From Chiloscyllium plagiosum (lineage: Eukaryota), in NCBI RefSeq assembly GCF_004010195.1, contig NC_057719.1, positions 19,415,562-19,479,561 of the forward strand: a stretch of 64,000 nt of DNA, given 5' to 3'. Each line of letters starts with the position of its first letter. Position 1 is the stretch's first letter. The notes under the pieces are model-generated. The model saw nothing but the letters and a program-made list of their open reading frames with translations. It had not been told where the DNA came from and did not search any database. Below, one piece after another: positions 37,555 to 49,926 of this stretch. The position numbers were made by a program, and so were the translations under genes.

Positions 37555-39240
37555 ATTAGGAGCAGGAATAGGCAATTCAATCCTTTGAGCCTGCTCTGCC
37601 ATTTCACATGATCATTGCCGATCTTATCCTGGTTTCAACTTCATTTTTCTGTCAGCTCCCCAGAGTTCTTTATCCAGCTTCTCATCAGAATGAATCTGAT
37701 TGATTTTGTCTCCAATGCCCTCAGATTGATGTCCACTGATTCTCAACCTTCAGAGAGAAGTAGTTTTTCCTCATCTCAGTTTTTAATCTACCTCCCCTTG
37801 CTCTATATCTATGACCTTAGAGTCATAGAGTCAAAGAGATGTACAGCATGGAAACAGACTCTTCAGTCCAGCCAGTCCATGTGGACCAGATATCCCAACC
37901 CAATCTAGTCCCACCTGCCAGTACCCGGCCCATATCCCTCCAAACCCTTTCTATTCATATACCCATCCAAATGCCTTTTAAATTTNNNNNNNNNNNNNNN
38001 NNNNNNNNNNNNNNNNNNNNNNNNNNNNNNNNNNNNNNNNNNNNNNNNNNNNNNNNNNNNNNNNNNNNNNNNNNNNNNNNNNNNNNNNNNNNNNNNNNNN
38101 NNNNNNNNNNNNNTTCAGCCTCTCCCCATAGCTCAAATCCTTCAACCCTAGCAACATCCTTGTAAATCTTTTCTGAACCCTTTCAAGTTTCACAACATCT
38201 TTCCGATAGTAAGGAGACCAGAATTGCACGCAGTATTCCAACAGTGGCCTAACCAATGTCCTATACAGCCGCAATATGACATCCCAACTCCTGTACTCAA
38301 AACTCTGACCAATAAAGGAAAGCATACCAAACGCCTTCTTCACTATCCTATCTACTTGCGACTCCACTTTCAAGGAGCTATGAACCTGCACTCCAAGGTC
38401 TTTTTGTTCAGCAACACTCCCTAGATCCTTACCATTAAGCGTATAAGCCCTGCTAAGATTTGCTTTCCCAAAATGCAGTACCTCGCATTTATCAGAATTA
38501 AACTCCATCTGCCACTTTTCAGCCCTGTACCAGAAATGGGGAACATCTGTTCAATGTTCACCGAGAGTCATAGAGTACGGAAACAGACCTTTCGGTCCAA
38601 CTGTTCTGCACTGACCAGACATCCCAATCTGACCTAGTCCCATTTGCCAGCATTTGGCCCAAATCCCTCTGAACCCTTCCTGTTCATATGCCCATCTATA
38701 TGCCTTTTAAATGCTGTAATTGTTCCAACCTCCACCATTTCCTCTGGCAGCTTATTCCATACATACAACACCCTCTGTATAAAAAAGGTACCCCTCAGAT
38801 CCTTTTAAAATCTTTCCCTTCTCACTTTAAACCTATGTCCTCTAGTTTTGGATTCCCCTACCTTATGACTTAGGCTATTCACCATGCCCTTCACGATATT
38901 ATAAACCTCTATAAGACAACCCTTCAGCCTCTGGCACACCAGGAGGAAAAATCCCCAACTTATTCAGCCTTGCCCTTTAGCTCAAATTCTCCACTCCTGA
39001 CAACATCCCTGGAAATCTTTTTTGCGTCCTCTCAAGCTTACCAACATCCTTCCAATAGAAGGGCGACCCCGAAATTGTCTGCAGTATTTCATCTATCAAT
39101 CTTATCAATCCACTTTAACATTTTATAAACCTCAATCAGATCCTCGCTCATTCTTCGGAACACTGAAGCCCAAGTTATTCAACTGCTCCTCATACGACAG
39201 CTCTTTCATCCCTGGAATCAACCTGGTGAACCTCCTCTGA
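37555..39240 (-). mobile_element. Nested cluster of CR1 3' fragments (older copy at 37555-37800 and 39085-39240; HER1 copies at 37818-38525 and 38565-39075)
   Basis: MEFNSDKCEVLHFGK...LEYCVQFWSPYYRKDVVKLERVQKRFTRML; agagtcatagag tails. Confidence 0.88.
37986..38113. other. Assembly gap
   Basis: Run of N. Confidence 1.
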
Positions 39241-41351
39241 ATTATAAGAAATATCTCAACCTCAATATTGTCTCCTTACTGCTGATTTTTTGGAATCATC
39301 TGTGCATTGTCTTGATGGACGTTTTATCCCAGCTCATTGCTGCCAGCAGTGGGGTAATGTTCCCTATTTTTGCTATTGTGCTAATGTTTCCCTATTGTGG
39401 ATCTCTGAGGTCTGTGCTCGGCAGTGGTTTACTGGAAGGGGAAGCCATTCATCGATTGCTGTATGCAGAGCTTCCCAGAAGCTGCCCAGCCATGATCTTG
39501 CAGCTTAGAGGGAACATTGCAGTGGGGTTTCCTGTAGGAATTTCTGCATCTAGGGCATTTGGAAGTTAAGGAGGATGTTTGATGGAGGAAACCTCGGCAG
39601 ATCAGATTGTATTAGGGCTGACCCAAACCTACCAATCATTAACAAGTGTTGAGAATCAGTCATCATTTTGGCAAATACAGAGGGCTTAGGTTTCAGGAGG
39701 AAGAGTAAACCATTTGGCCCTTTGATGACATATGGAGTATTTTACTTTGTAAAAAGGCACCCTAGAAATGATACTGAGACTGCAAATATTTATCGTGATG
39801 CTCCTCCAGTTACAGTATGTCATACTTCAAGCAGAATGAAAAATATTATGCCAATGGTCATCAGCCAGTGAATGGCAACTTTTATAAAGATGTCATCAAC
39901 CATGTCTATAGTTCCAAGAAATTATGTCTATTAACGAGAACTTATGTTCATTAGAACGTATTGAGGCAGTGTTTGGAGTTTTTCTTGAAAGGAAATGGAT
40001 ATGTTTGAAAATGAGGAATATAAAAGTATTCAGGGAGAATGGTCAAGGAGCCAAGTGGTCTACTCTTGCTCCTAATTTTTATATTCATACTGGGACACCA
40101 GAAGATAGTTCAGCACAACTTGTAATGTTTCTGAAGTTCCCTTAATTGTGTTCCAGGCCAGTAAATAATTTAGAAATTTAACTAGTTATTTATTTTTAAA
40201 ATGATGTACTTTGTGAGAACTCCCTCAAACAGAGTCCAATGCCCTTAATGGGCTCCCACACCTTGGTTCAGGTCAGTCTGTGAGGCTGGTTTTGTCAAGT
40301 GCAGACTGGCTCTGACCACACCCCAAATTCAAAGCTGTTCACCTTCATGTGCCAACCAAGACTAAGGAGATAAATATAGAGAAGGGTGTTGTTAAGCCTG
40401 CCATCAACTGGGGGCTACATCCTGTGCAGTACAACCCAACAGGAATCTGGGTGTGTTGACTGGGTGATGACCTGCAGAGTAATTGTTGGCACAGTCTGGG
40501 AATGTTACACCTTTGATGAGTTAATTCTTAGTGTTATCCATGTTATTGGTGCAATTTCAGTCAGTTATTTTTAGTTATTTTTCAAACATTTCCCCCTCAT
40601 GTCCAACATATCACTTCCCAAACCTTTTGGTTTTCCCTCTGTCTGTCCTACCCTTGGTTAACCTTATTCCCTTGCTCACAACTGGTTTCCTGGGTTCGCA
40701 GAACTCCTCACACATCAGATATTGCCAAAACCTAGATACTCATCTAGGAACATACCAGAATTCACATGGTCAGACATCAAACCTCCAGCAAGTGTGAACA
40801 ATCCCAGTCTCCTATGTCTTTAGCCTTATTTAAACTGAAACAGCAGATGTCTCATTTCACAAATCTTGATGATTTATATCGGGTCTACAATTTTAAGGAC
40901 ATATTTGAAATTTATAATGTGTAAGGTTGACTAATTAGTCCAACAGAAATGATCTTTCACCAACTGTGGAGAGAGGATTCTCGGGCTAATGTTTCATTTT
41001 GATTGATGAGATTTTGTCAGATCCTTTAACCCTCTCCCTACAGATGATGCTTGACCTATTAAGTATTCCCAACATTTTTTGCTTTCAGTTTTAGTTTCCA
41101 CCATCTGCACTGTTCTACATTTTGTTCCAAAGATAATCTTCCTTTGGCTTTTTCTATATCATACTGTAGCCTGTTAAATAAGCTGTTAAATTTCTGTCAT
41201 TAATTTAGAAGTTCAACCAGTGGACATCAAAGTAAAACAGTAAAACATTTCTTCTGATGACCTCAGCATATAAGATATTGGATATGAACTAGTGTGAGGA
41301 TACAGGCTAAACCATTTAGGATTAAGGTAAGGAAACATTTCTTTGCCCAGA

Positions 41352-42098
41352 GAGTATAGAGTAATTCAATGTAGAAACAGGCCCTTTCACTCACCATGTC
41401 TATGCAGACCAACAAAGACCAAACTACATAATCCTACTTACCTGCACTTGGACAATAGTCTACTATCGAGAGTGCGGTGCTGGAAAAGCACAACATGTCA
41501 GGCAGCATCCAAGGAGCAGAAGAATCGACATTTCAGGCAAAAACCCTTCATCAGGAATCAGGTCATTCCTGATGATGGGCTTTTGCCCAAACGTCGATTC
41601 TGATGCTCCTCGGATGCTGTCTGACCTGCTGTGCTTTTCCAGCACCGCACTCTTGACTCTAATCTCCAGCATCTTCAGTCTTCACTTTCTCTCAATAGTC
41701 TACTGTGCTCTGGCGCTTCAAGTGCTTCTTGAATGTTGTGAGAGTATTTGCAACCACCACACTCTTAGACAGCGCACTCCATGTATCTATCATCCTATGA
41801 AGAAAAAGATTCCCATGCCTCCTCTAAATCATTTACTCCTCACCTTAAGCTTATACCTTCTGGTCTTAGACACATCTGCCATGGGGAAAAGATTCTCACA
41901 ATTCACTCTGCTTACGCATTTCGTAATTTTATATACTTCAACCTCAATCAGATATACACCTCCAATCCTCTCAGCCTCCTTTGCTCCAAGGAAAACATTC
42001 CCAGCCTACCCAATCTCTCCTCATAATTGAGATTTAGGGGATATCCTGATGAATCTCCAGTGTAATCAGGTCCTTCCGATAGTGTGCCGACCAGAACT
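41352..42098 (-). mobile_element. CR1 3' fragment interrupted by a fold-back element
   Basis: QFWSAHYRKDLITLE; 3' UTR gtagaaacaggcccttt. Confidence 0.8.
41465..41692. mobile_element. Penelope pLTR-derived fold-back element with two opposed hammerhead-like cores
   Basis: ~90-bp inverted arms (41468-41558 / 41565-41652); 12-bp TSD caatagtctact (41453-41464, 41693-41704). Confidence 0.88.
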
Positions 42099-42312
42099 GC
42101 AGAGTGGTAAGCCTGTGGAATTCTTTGCCACAGAAAGTGATTGAGACCAAAACATAGGATTTTTTCAAAAAGGAATAGATATTGTTTAAGGCTAAAGGGG
42201 TCAAAGGATCTGGGATAAAGTGGGAATGAGGTACTGAGTTGGATGATTGTATTGAATAGTGGAGCAGATCAAAGGACCAGATGGCCCACTCCCGTTCCAA
42301 TGTTTCTATGTA
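42099..42312 (+). mobile_element. CR1 3' end
   Basis: RVVSLWNSLPQKVIE; 3' UTR. Confidence 0.8.
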
Positions 42313-42814
42313 ACTAAATTTTCAATTGAATTCAAATAAATCCATTACTGTTCACTGGCTGTGAGTATTGGAGCACTCTCCTCAGTTCAATGGAACTTTT
42401 CTCCTTCCTTCTTTCTACAACCCAGAAGCTCTTAAAACACAAGCAACATTAACACCAACATTAGCAACATTGTAATGAATGTCTCATTCTCTGCATCAGT
42501 GGAGTCTTGCTGTATAACTTCCATAGATTTAGAGTCATAGAGGCCTACAGCACATTAAAAGGCCCTTTGGCCCATTCAGTCTAAACTAATAGATGGGAGT
42601 GAAGTAATAATTCATAAAATGTATAAAATTATGAAATAATATTGCAAAGATTATTTAGATACTCAATAAGTTTCAATGTAAATTTTTTAAAAAATTAATC
42701 ATGGGATGTGAGAATCATTGACAGAGGCAGCATTTAATACCCATACCTTGAGAAGATTGAGAGTAAAATGCCATCTTTATCCGGACAATACATTTATTCC
42801 GTTCTAGTGTAGTA

Positions 42815-43892
42815 TAGCTGAATGATTAGAACATTCAGGATGAGAACAAGTCAATATGGATTTAGTAAGGAGAGGTCGTGCCTGACAAACCTGTTGGAGT
42901 TCTTTGAAGAGGTGACAAGTAGGTTAGATCGGGGAAACCCAGTGGATGTGGTCTACGTAGACTTCCAAAAGGCCTTTGATAAGGTGCCACACGGGAGGCT
43001 GCTGAGCAAGGTGAGGGCCCATGGTGTTCGAGGTGAGCTACTGGTATGGATTGAGGATTGGCTGTCTGACAGAAGGCAGAGAGTTGGGATAAAAGATTCT
43101 TGTTCGGAATGGCAGCCGGTGACAAGCGGCGTCCCNNNNNNNNNNNNNNNNNNNNNNNNNNNNNNNNNNNNNNNNNNNNNNNNNNNNNNNNNNNNNNNNN
43201 NNNNNNNNNNNNNNNNNNNNNNNNNNNNNNNNNNNNNNNNNNNNNNNNNNNNNNNNNNNNNNNNNNNNNNNNNNNNNNNNNGATTCTGTAAAGGTAAACA
43301 TGCAGGTTGAGTCTGTGATTAAGAAAGCGAATGCAATGTTGTCAATTATCTTAAGAGGGTTGGAATATAAAAGCACTGTTGTGCTCCTGAGACTTTATAA
43401 AGCTCTGGTTAGGCCCCATTTGGAGTACTGTGTCCAGTTTTGGTCCCCACTGGCTGAGGATCCTGGGATTGTATTCATTGGAGTTTAGAAGATTAAGGGG
43501 AGATCTAATAGAAACTTACAAGATAATACATGGCTTGGAGAGGGTGGACGCTAGGAAATTGTTTCTGTTAGGCGAGGAGACTAGGACCCGTGGACACAAC
43601 TTTAGAATTAGAGGGGGTAAATTCAGAATAGAAATGCGGAGACATTTCTTCAGCCAGAGAGTGTTGGGCCTGTGGAATTCATTGCCACGGAGTGCAGTGG
43701 AGGCTGGGATGCTAAATGTCTTCAAGGCAGAGATTGATAAATTCTTGATGTCACAAGGAATTAAGGGCTACGGGGAGAATGCGGGTAAGTGGAGTTGAAA
43801 TGCCCATCAGCCATGATTGAATGGCGGAGTGGACTCGATGGGCCGAATGGCCTTACTTCCGCTCCTATGTCTTATGGTCTTATGGTCTTATG
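42815..43892 (+). mobile_element. Relatively young CR1 LINE (RT and 3' UTR, internally deleted; N gap 43136-43281)
   Basis: SQYGFSKERSCLTNLLEFFE...DVVYVDFQKAFDKVPH; RHFFSQRVLGLWNSLP; (tcttatgg)n tail. Confidence 0.95.
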
Positions 43893-43985
43893 ATGCAATT
43901 ATACATGACAGTGTATTTTTATATCACATAAGCTGAAAGATCATTCTTCATTTTCAATCTCCTTTGCAGTGTGCAATCAAGACAA

Positions 43986-45000
43986 TGTGGGATAACCACA
44001 GACCAGAATCCTAAAGTACCGTTGCCATCTTCAACTTTTTAAATAAAGGTCTGACAGAGCCCAAAAATGGCCATGGATATTAATTAAGTGAATGCCGTTA
44101 GAAAGAAACCCATAGGATATCACATTTATAGATGCAAAGGGAAATTCAAAGGGGAAGGATTCAAGTCAAAGCAGACTGAGTTGTGATCTCTTGTGACTAC
44201 AAAAATAATAAGGGGCTGATAACACCCTGTACCATAACATGCTGCCTCCTATGGATTAAGTCCCAAATTGCAGACATATTTTGTGTTCTTCCTTTTGAAG
44301 AATATATAAGAACACAGGTTAAAAAGACTGTTTAAACTTACCTGGAATGTGACAGTGGGACTGAACACTCTTAGGATACCAGCCCAGATTTGAAAGTTAG
44401 CGTACTGTGAAGGTCATACTCAAAGAACAATCACTTGGTTAATCCTGCACTGCAGAGAAAGAGGTTCTCTCACTCTGTGTGCCAGATGTCTACTAGCTTG
44501 CAGCCAGACTAAAGAAAACCAGGCAACCATTCTAAATGCTGGAATTTAATTGTGAATGAAAGGAATCAAAACTAGAAAATCGCAAACAATCTGCAAAACT
44601 CAGGATCATGAAACTGCCTGTTCAACTACCAACATCAATGGCAACAGTAACTTTCACTAAAACAGTCATAATATTCAACTATCTGTTCTTCATGAAGAGG
44701 TGTGTGTATGTATATGTGTGTGTGTATGTATATGTGTGTGTATGTGTGTGCGTGTGTGTTGTATTCCTTCCCATATGTAGTAATTGATAAACTCATTTTT
44801 TTAAGTTTAAAGTTTCCTGGTTAAATTGGCTCCTTTTAAAATGAATGGGAAGAGATCCTTTCTATATTAACCATGTTACAACCAGCTGAGTATGGGTGTG
44901 GTGGGTGGATGGAGGCATTGGGTGAGTTAATGGTGGCATGGAGTAATGAGTGAATGCAGAAGGGGAGCCATTTCTTCTCTCCTCATCTGGGAGCTTAATG
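43986..45000 (+). mobile_element. Probable solo LTR related to 19505-20746; contains (TG)n at 44700-44760
   Basis: Terminal homology at both ends to the reverse complement of 19505-20746. Confidence 0.45.
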
Positions 45001-45066
45001 GTTTGGGATTGATATTTGAGACATTAGGAAAACTACCTGCTCATTCTTGACATAATTCCTCTCACA

Positions 45067-45858
45067 GTGGTTCCTCTAAAGATGGCTGCAGAGTAGGTTG
45101 CTTCAGCCAGAGCTCGTCCACTCCGTCCATTTCTTTCTCATTTTCTTCCTTGTTCTCTTCACTCCCGGCCTCAGCATAGATCTAGCAAAGTGTCATCCTG
45201 GCCCAGCATGGATCCAGCAAGGCGTCACCTCCATGGCGGTCTCTCCGTCTGGTCACTCGGCAGCCTGTGATGGTCTCTTGGCCCAGTGTGGCGGTGTCTC
45301 AGCCCAGTGTCTCAACGGCCTGTGGTTGTCTCTGGGCCCAGCCCGACATGGCAGTGTCTGGGCCTGGTCTCTCGGCCTGGCGTGGTGGTATTTCACTGTG
45401 CGAATGGGTCTTGCCTGGGCATGTTCCTGAGGCAGCAAGAGGAAATCGTGGAGGTGGGAGCAGCAGCATCGTGGCCCAATACTGGAAAAGCGAGCGGTGA
45501 GGGAGGTCACCCAGTATTAGTGGCAGCATCAAGAACAGGCAGCTGAGGTCTCCCAGAGAGCAAGCTCACCAGAGGATTCATCAAAGACTGCTGAACTTTT
45601 AACTTTATTCCTTTATTGTTCTAGTTTATATTAAAAAGGACTTAAATGTTAACTACTTACTGTAGTTATTTATTTTTTTATTTATCCTATGAAGATAATG
45701 GTTTATTTTTTAACATTCCTTCTTTTATAACTTTGTACTAAAGATTTTGTACCTGGGTATTTTCTACCTAAGATGGCGCCGTGTGTGGCATGGTTATACA
45801 CTTTTCACTGTACTCCTGTACTTGAGTACAAGTGACAATAAAATCGAAATTGAAATCT
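45067..45858 (+). mobile_element. Non-autonomous Rex1/Babar-associated retroelement
   Basis: 5' aagatggc head; GC-rich non-coding body; 3' cacttttcactgtactcctgtacttgagtacaagtgacaataaa plus short-repeat tail, shared with 58370-58480 (-). Confidence 0.6.
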
Positions 45859-46284
45859 AGATTTACATAATTGTGAAGGGAATAATATAAAACTGAAAAA
45901 GAAATGGTAAATGGTAACTACTATTTTGCCAACTTATAATACTTACCATAGTTAAATATCACTGCTTCTCCATTATGTGCAAGTCATAGAAATTTCTGGA
46001 ATATTTTCTTGTTTTGTGCCTCACTTATATTTTAGAAGCTTGCAGACAGCCAATCATAGAAAAACAATGACTGTGCCTCCCAATGTTATTGAGACATACT
46101 GCACTGAAGTCGCTCTGCACTGCCAGTAGTGCTGCTGTGTAATAACAGGGTTCACCTTTTGTGGAAATATGTTTAAAAGAAAACTGTAAATATTTTACCT
46201 CCAGCTTCTCTCTGGAGTTTTGGTCCAGAATGAATTAATCCTCCTCTCTCTGGTTATGTATATAAATTAAGTGTGCAGGAAGGG

Positions 46285-46600
46285 AAAAAATGCATTTATA
46301 TAGTACCTCTCATATCCCAGCATGTTACAAAATGCATTACAACTAATTAGTTGGTGTTGTAGTGTAGTCACTGATGTTTTGCAGGCAAATATAGCAACCT
46401 ATTTGAATATGACAAGAATCACAAAACAATAATGAGATAATTAGTGTTCTTGGTTAAATGTTGACCAGGGCACCTCGACTGCTCTTCAAGTGGTGTCATA
46501 AGACCCATTATATTCACTTGAGAAGGCAGAAAGAGCCTTGGTGTAAGATCTTATCCAAACTATTGAATCTCTGAATGTGTAGCACTCCTGGAAGTCTTTA
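46285..46600 (-). mobile_element. Deu-domain SINE
   Basis: Collinear with 11085-11545 (gcattttatatagtacc...ctgctcttcaagtggtgtcataag). Confidence 0.62.
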
Positions 46601-47023
46601 GAGTGAGCTTTGAGCCCACTGCCTTCTATTTCATCAATAGCACTGCCATCAAACCAATGATGATGCATGATTAAGATTTGGAGCAAGGCATTTATTGAGA
46701 TCCAGTTTATAGATAGGAGAGATAATGGTGTTCTGGTAATTGTTACAATAATAATAAACATGGACCATTGATATTCAACTTCTATCATCTGATTTTAATC
46801 CCTGACACCTTCATGGATTCAAGTTTTAAAGAAGACAAACACTGATCTAAAACGGATGCCATGATCAGCTGACCACAGATTGAGGCAAGTCCAGGAAGCC
46901 CATGTGAAAGCTATAAACTGGCTGCACTGGTATTGCCATTTCATCCAAAGACCCGATAATTAAATCAGTATTAAGAAATTTGTATCTCTCATTCACTTCA
47001 TACTTATATGATAAATTCACGTA

Positions 47024-47618
47024 CAGAAGAACCTCGACTATCCGAATGTCAATTATCCGAATCTCGGATTATCTGAAGGAAATCTCGAGGTCCCGATAGA
47101 AACATTACATCAAAGGCGTGTTTCCAATACTGATCTTGTCTTTTGGTTACAATGATTAAACAGGCACTGTCTCCAAATTTCTGACTGTCCGCCCTCTCTC
47201 TCTCTCTCCCCACACTCTTTCCCTGGAGTTCTACACAGGGGTGTACCCTGAACCCCCCTTCCCCAGATAATCTCTCCAACAATGTGCCATACAGGGCAAA
47301 GGTGGAATTAGTCGAAAAGTTGCAGTAAAAAGTTCTGTGCATGTGTGTGGCTGTGTGTGTGTGCGCTATTTGGAGACTCACCCCCCAAAAGGCAGCAGCA
47401 GCAACAGCAGACTGGCTGCCCAGGAGAGGGGGTGAGGGCAGACCGGGGTGGGAGGCAGGGGCTCGTGTGCGATGTGCTGCTGCCTCATCTCCTGAACAGG
47501 GAGCAGACTTAAAACCTCTGGGCCCCAAAGGAAAGCCATTTAATCAATTAACCGAATAATCGATTATCTGATCGTAATAGTGCCCACCCATCTCATTTGG
47601 ATAATCGAGGTTCCGCTG
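47024..47618. mobile_element. Tigger/pogo-type non-autonomous DNA transposon
   Basis: 25-bp TIRs at 47024-47048 and 47594-47618 (21/25 match); TA before the left end; subterminal TTATC(C/T)GA repeats. Confidence 0.85.
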
Positions 47619-47775
47619 CATTAGGTAATGAAAGATTGTTTTCTAAATATTCTGCTTAGAAAGACAATGGAGCTAGATTTGGGAATATACAAATGAACAC
47701 ATTTCAATAACTTACTTAACAGAGCAGAGAGAGAAGAAAATGAATTCAAAGCAATAGAGCCTGAAGTCTTGCTCT

Positions 47776-47897
47776 GAGGGATATGGGCTGGGTGCTGGCT
47801 GGTGGGACTAGATTGGGTTGGGATATCTGGTCGACATGGACTGGTTGGACCGAAGGGTCTGTATCCATGCTGTACATCTCTATGACTCTATGACTCT
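47776..47897 (+). mobile_element. HER1/CR1 3' UTR stub
   Basis: ...ggaccgaagggtctgtatccatgctgtacatctctatgactctatgactct. Confidence 0.9.
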
Positions 47898-48003
47898 GTG
47901 TGCATAACATTCAAAAGAAAACAGATGAACTGAGAGAGCAGATAGCCATGAAAATAAAAAATCTCGTAACAGTTATAGAGACACGGCTACGGGATACCAT
48001 TAT

Positions 48004-48728
48004 AGAGTCATAGAGTCATAGAGATACACTGCATGGAAACAGACCCTTTGGTCCAACCCATCCATGCCAACCAGATATCCCAACCCAATCTAATCCCACC
48101 TGCCAGCACCCGGCCCATTTCCCTCCAAAACCTTCCTATTCATATACCCATCCAAATGCCTCTTAAATGTTGCAATTGTACCAGCCTCCACCACTTCCTC
48201 TAGCAGCTCATTCTATACATATACCACCCTCTGTGTGAAAAAGTTGCCCCTTAGATCCCTTTTATATCTTTCCCCTCTCACCCTAAACCTATGCCCTCTA
48301 GTTCTGGACTCCCCGACCCCAGGGACAAGACTTTGCCTGTTTAGCTTATCCGTGCACCTCATAATTTTGTAAACCTCTATAAGGTCACCCCTCAGCCTCC
48401 GACGCTCCAGGTAAAACAGCCCCAGCTTGTTCAGCCTCTCCCTTTAGCTCAAATCCTCCAACCCTGGCAACACCCTTGTAAATCTTTTCTGAACCCTTTC
48501 AAGTTTCACAACATCTTTCTGATTGTAAGGAGACCAGAATTGCATGCAATATTCCAACAGTGGCCTAACCGATGTCCTGTACAGCCGCAACATGACCTCC
48601 CAACTCCTGTACTCAATACTCTGACCAATAAAGGAAAGCATACCAAACGCCTTCTTCACTATCCTATGTACCACTTTCAAGGAGCTATGAACCTGAACTC
48701 CAAGGTCTCTTTGTTCAGCAACACTCCT
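48004..48728 (-). mobile_element. HER1/CR1 3' end inserted in an older CR1 endonuclease remnant (~47900-49130, +)
   Basis: LLEYCMQFWSPYNQKDVVKLERVQKRF; flanks translate as VIETRL and VYRIFRKDR. Confidence 0.9.
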
Positions 48729-49822
48729 AATTGGAATGTCGACGTGTACAGGATATTTAGAAAGGACAGAAAACTAGGAAAATAATAGCACAGTAGCAAG
48801 GGATGAGCTAAGTTCCGGAAACTAAGATATGAAAACTATGTGCGTAGACATACAAAATGATAAAACTGAGAAATAGCAATGGGAGTGTGTATAGCCCTAA
48901 TAACAGGAGCTACAGGGGGTTAGACTGCAATATGAAGGAAGAAATAATAAGAGATCTTAATTTACAGATCGATAGGAAGTTGGATGGGCAGTGGTAGTTA
49001 AATTAGGAGTTCACAGGATGGTTTTGAGATTGTTTCTTCGAACAATATATCTTGGAGCTGACCAGAGAGCAGGCTACACTTAACCTGATATTTGCAATGT
49101 GATGGGATTAATTAGTTCAGCTCCCAGAATAAAACCTGGCCTGATAGATCATATAATTGAATTTTTGTAGAAATGAAAGCTATTTCTTCCCTTTCTCAGT
49201 TACTGCGAAAGTTTTGCTTTAAATCCGGGTAGTTCGGCAAATCACATTGCTTCTGGAACACCACACCTTACACTTACTTTTAAAATAAGAAAAGGTTATG
49301 ATTTGCACTATCTTCTGAATATTGTGAGGGGGTTTGGTGTGGTCTATGACAACATGCCCCCTGAAATGGGGAATTATGGATGAGAAACAAGTGCTAACTT
49401 TACTCACATTGCTCTCATCCCATTGAAGAACAATTAAAAAACTGAGGTAAAATCCAGAGTGTGTCCAGTTATTTTGATTAAAGGAGGAATATGGGACGTT
49501 TTGTGGGGAATTATCTTTGGCCATGATAAAAGTGAGGTTCGGAGTTGCCTCCTGCGCAATGGTGTGATCAGTTCAACAGAGAGAATGAAAGGAAATCGAT
49601 CTTTCAGCACAAATCATAAAAGAACATTAAGTTAAAGTTGTTAAAATAAAATAGATTCCAATAGTTTTTTGATAAATTAGATCTCTTGTTACAGTAATAG
49701 TTGCTCTTCCAAGAAATGTGTTTGGAATTGTCACAAACCCAACACAGCTCCTTTTGATTTAATCTTAAACATATTCCAGTGTTATGTTTTATCTTCCCCT
49801 GGGCGCACAGAAGAGACAGTTG

Positions 49823-49926
49823 GCAAAAGCTTCATTCCTGATGAAGGGCTTTTGCCCGAAATTTCGATTTTCCTGCTCCTCAGAGGCTGCCTGACCTGCT
49901 GTGCTTTTCCAGCAGCACTCTAATAT
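49823..49926 (+). mobile_element. Minimal Penelope pLTR insert with a hammerhead ribozyme core
   Basis: CTGATGA-A-GGGC-TTTT-GCCC-GAAA at 49838-49861; 14-bp TSD agaagagaYagttg (49809-49822, 49927-49940). Confidence 0.85.

Noticed and set aside
37978..38508. RT-like ORFs as functional genes (also 4174-4818, 42822-43798)
   Set aside because: 5'-truncated, frameshifted CR1 fragments with LINE tails.
39290..39570. Coding-looking segment, possibly an old non-LTR element
   Set aside because: No diagnostic motif I could assign; left unannotated.
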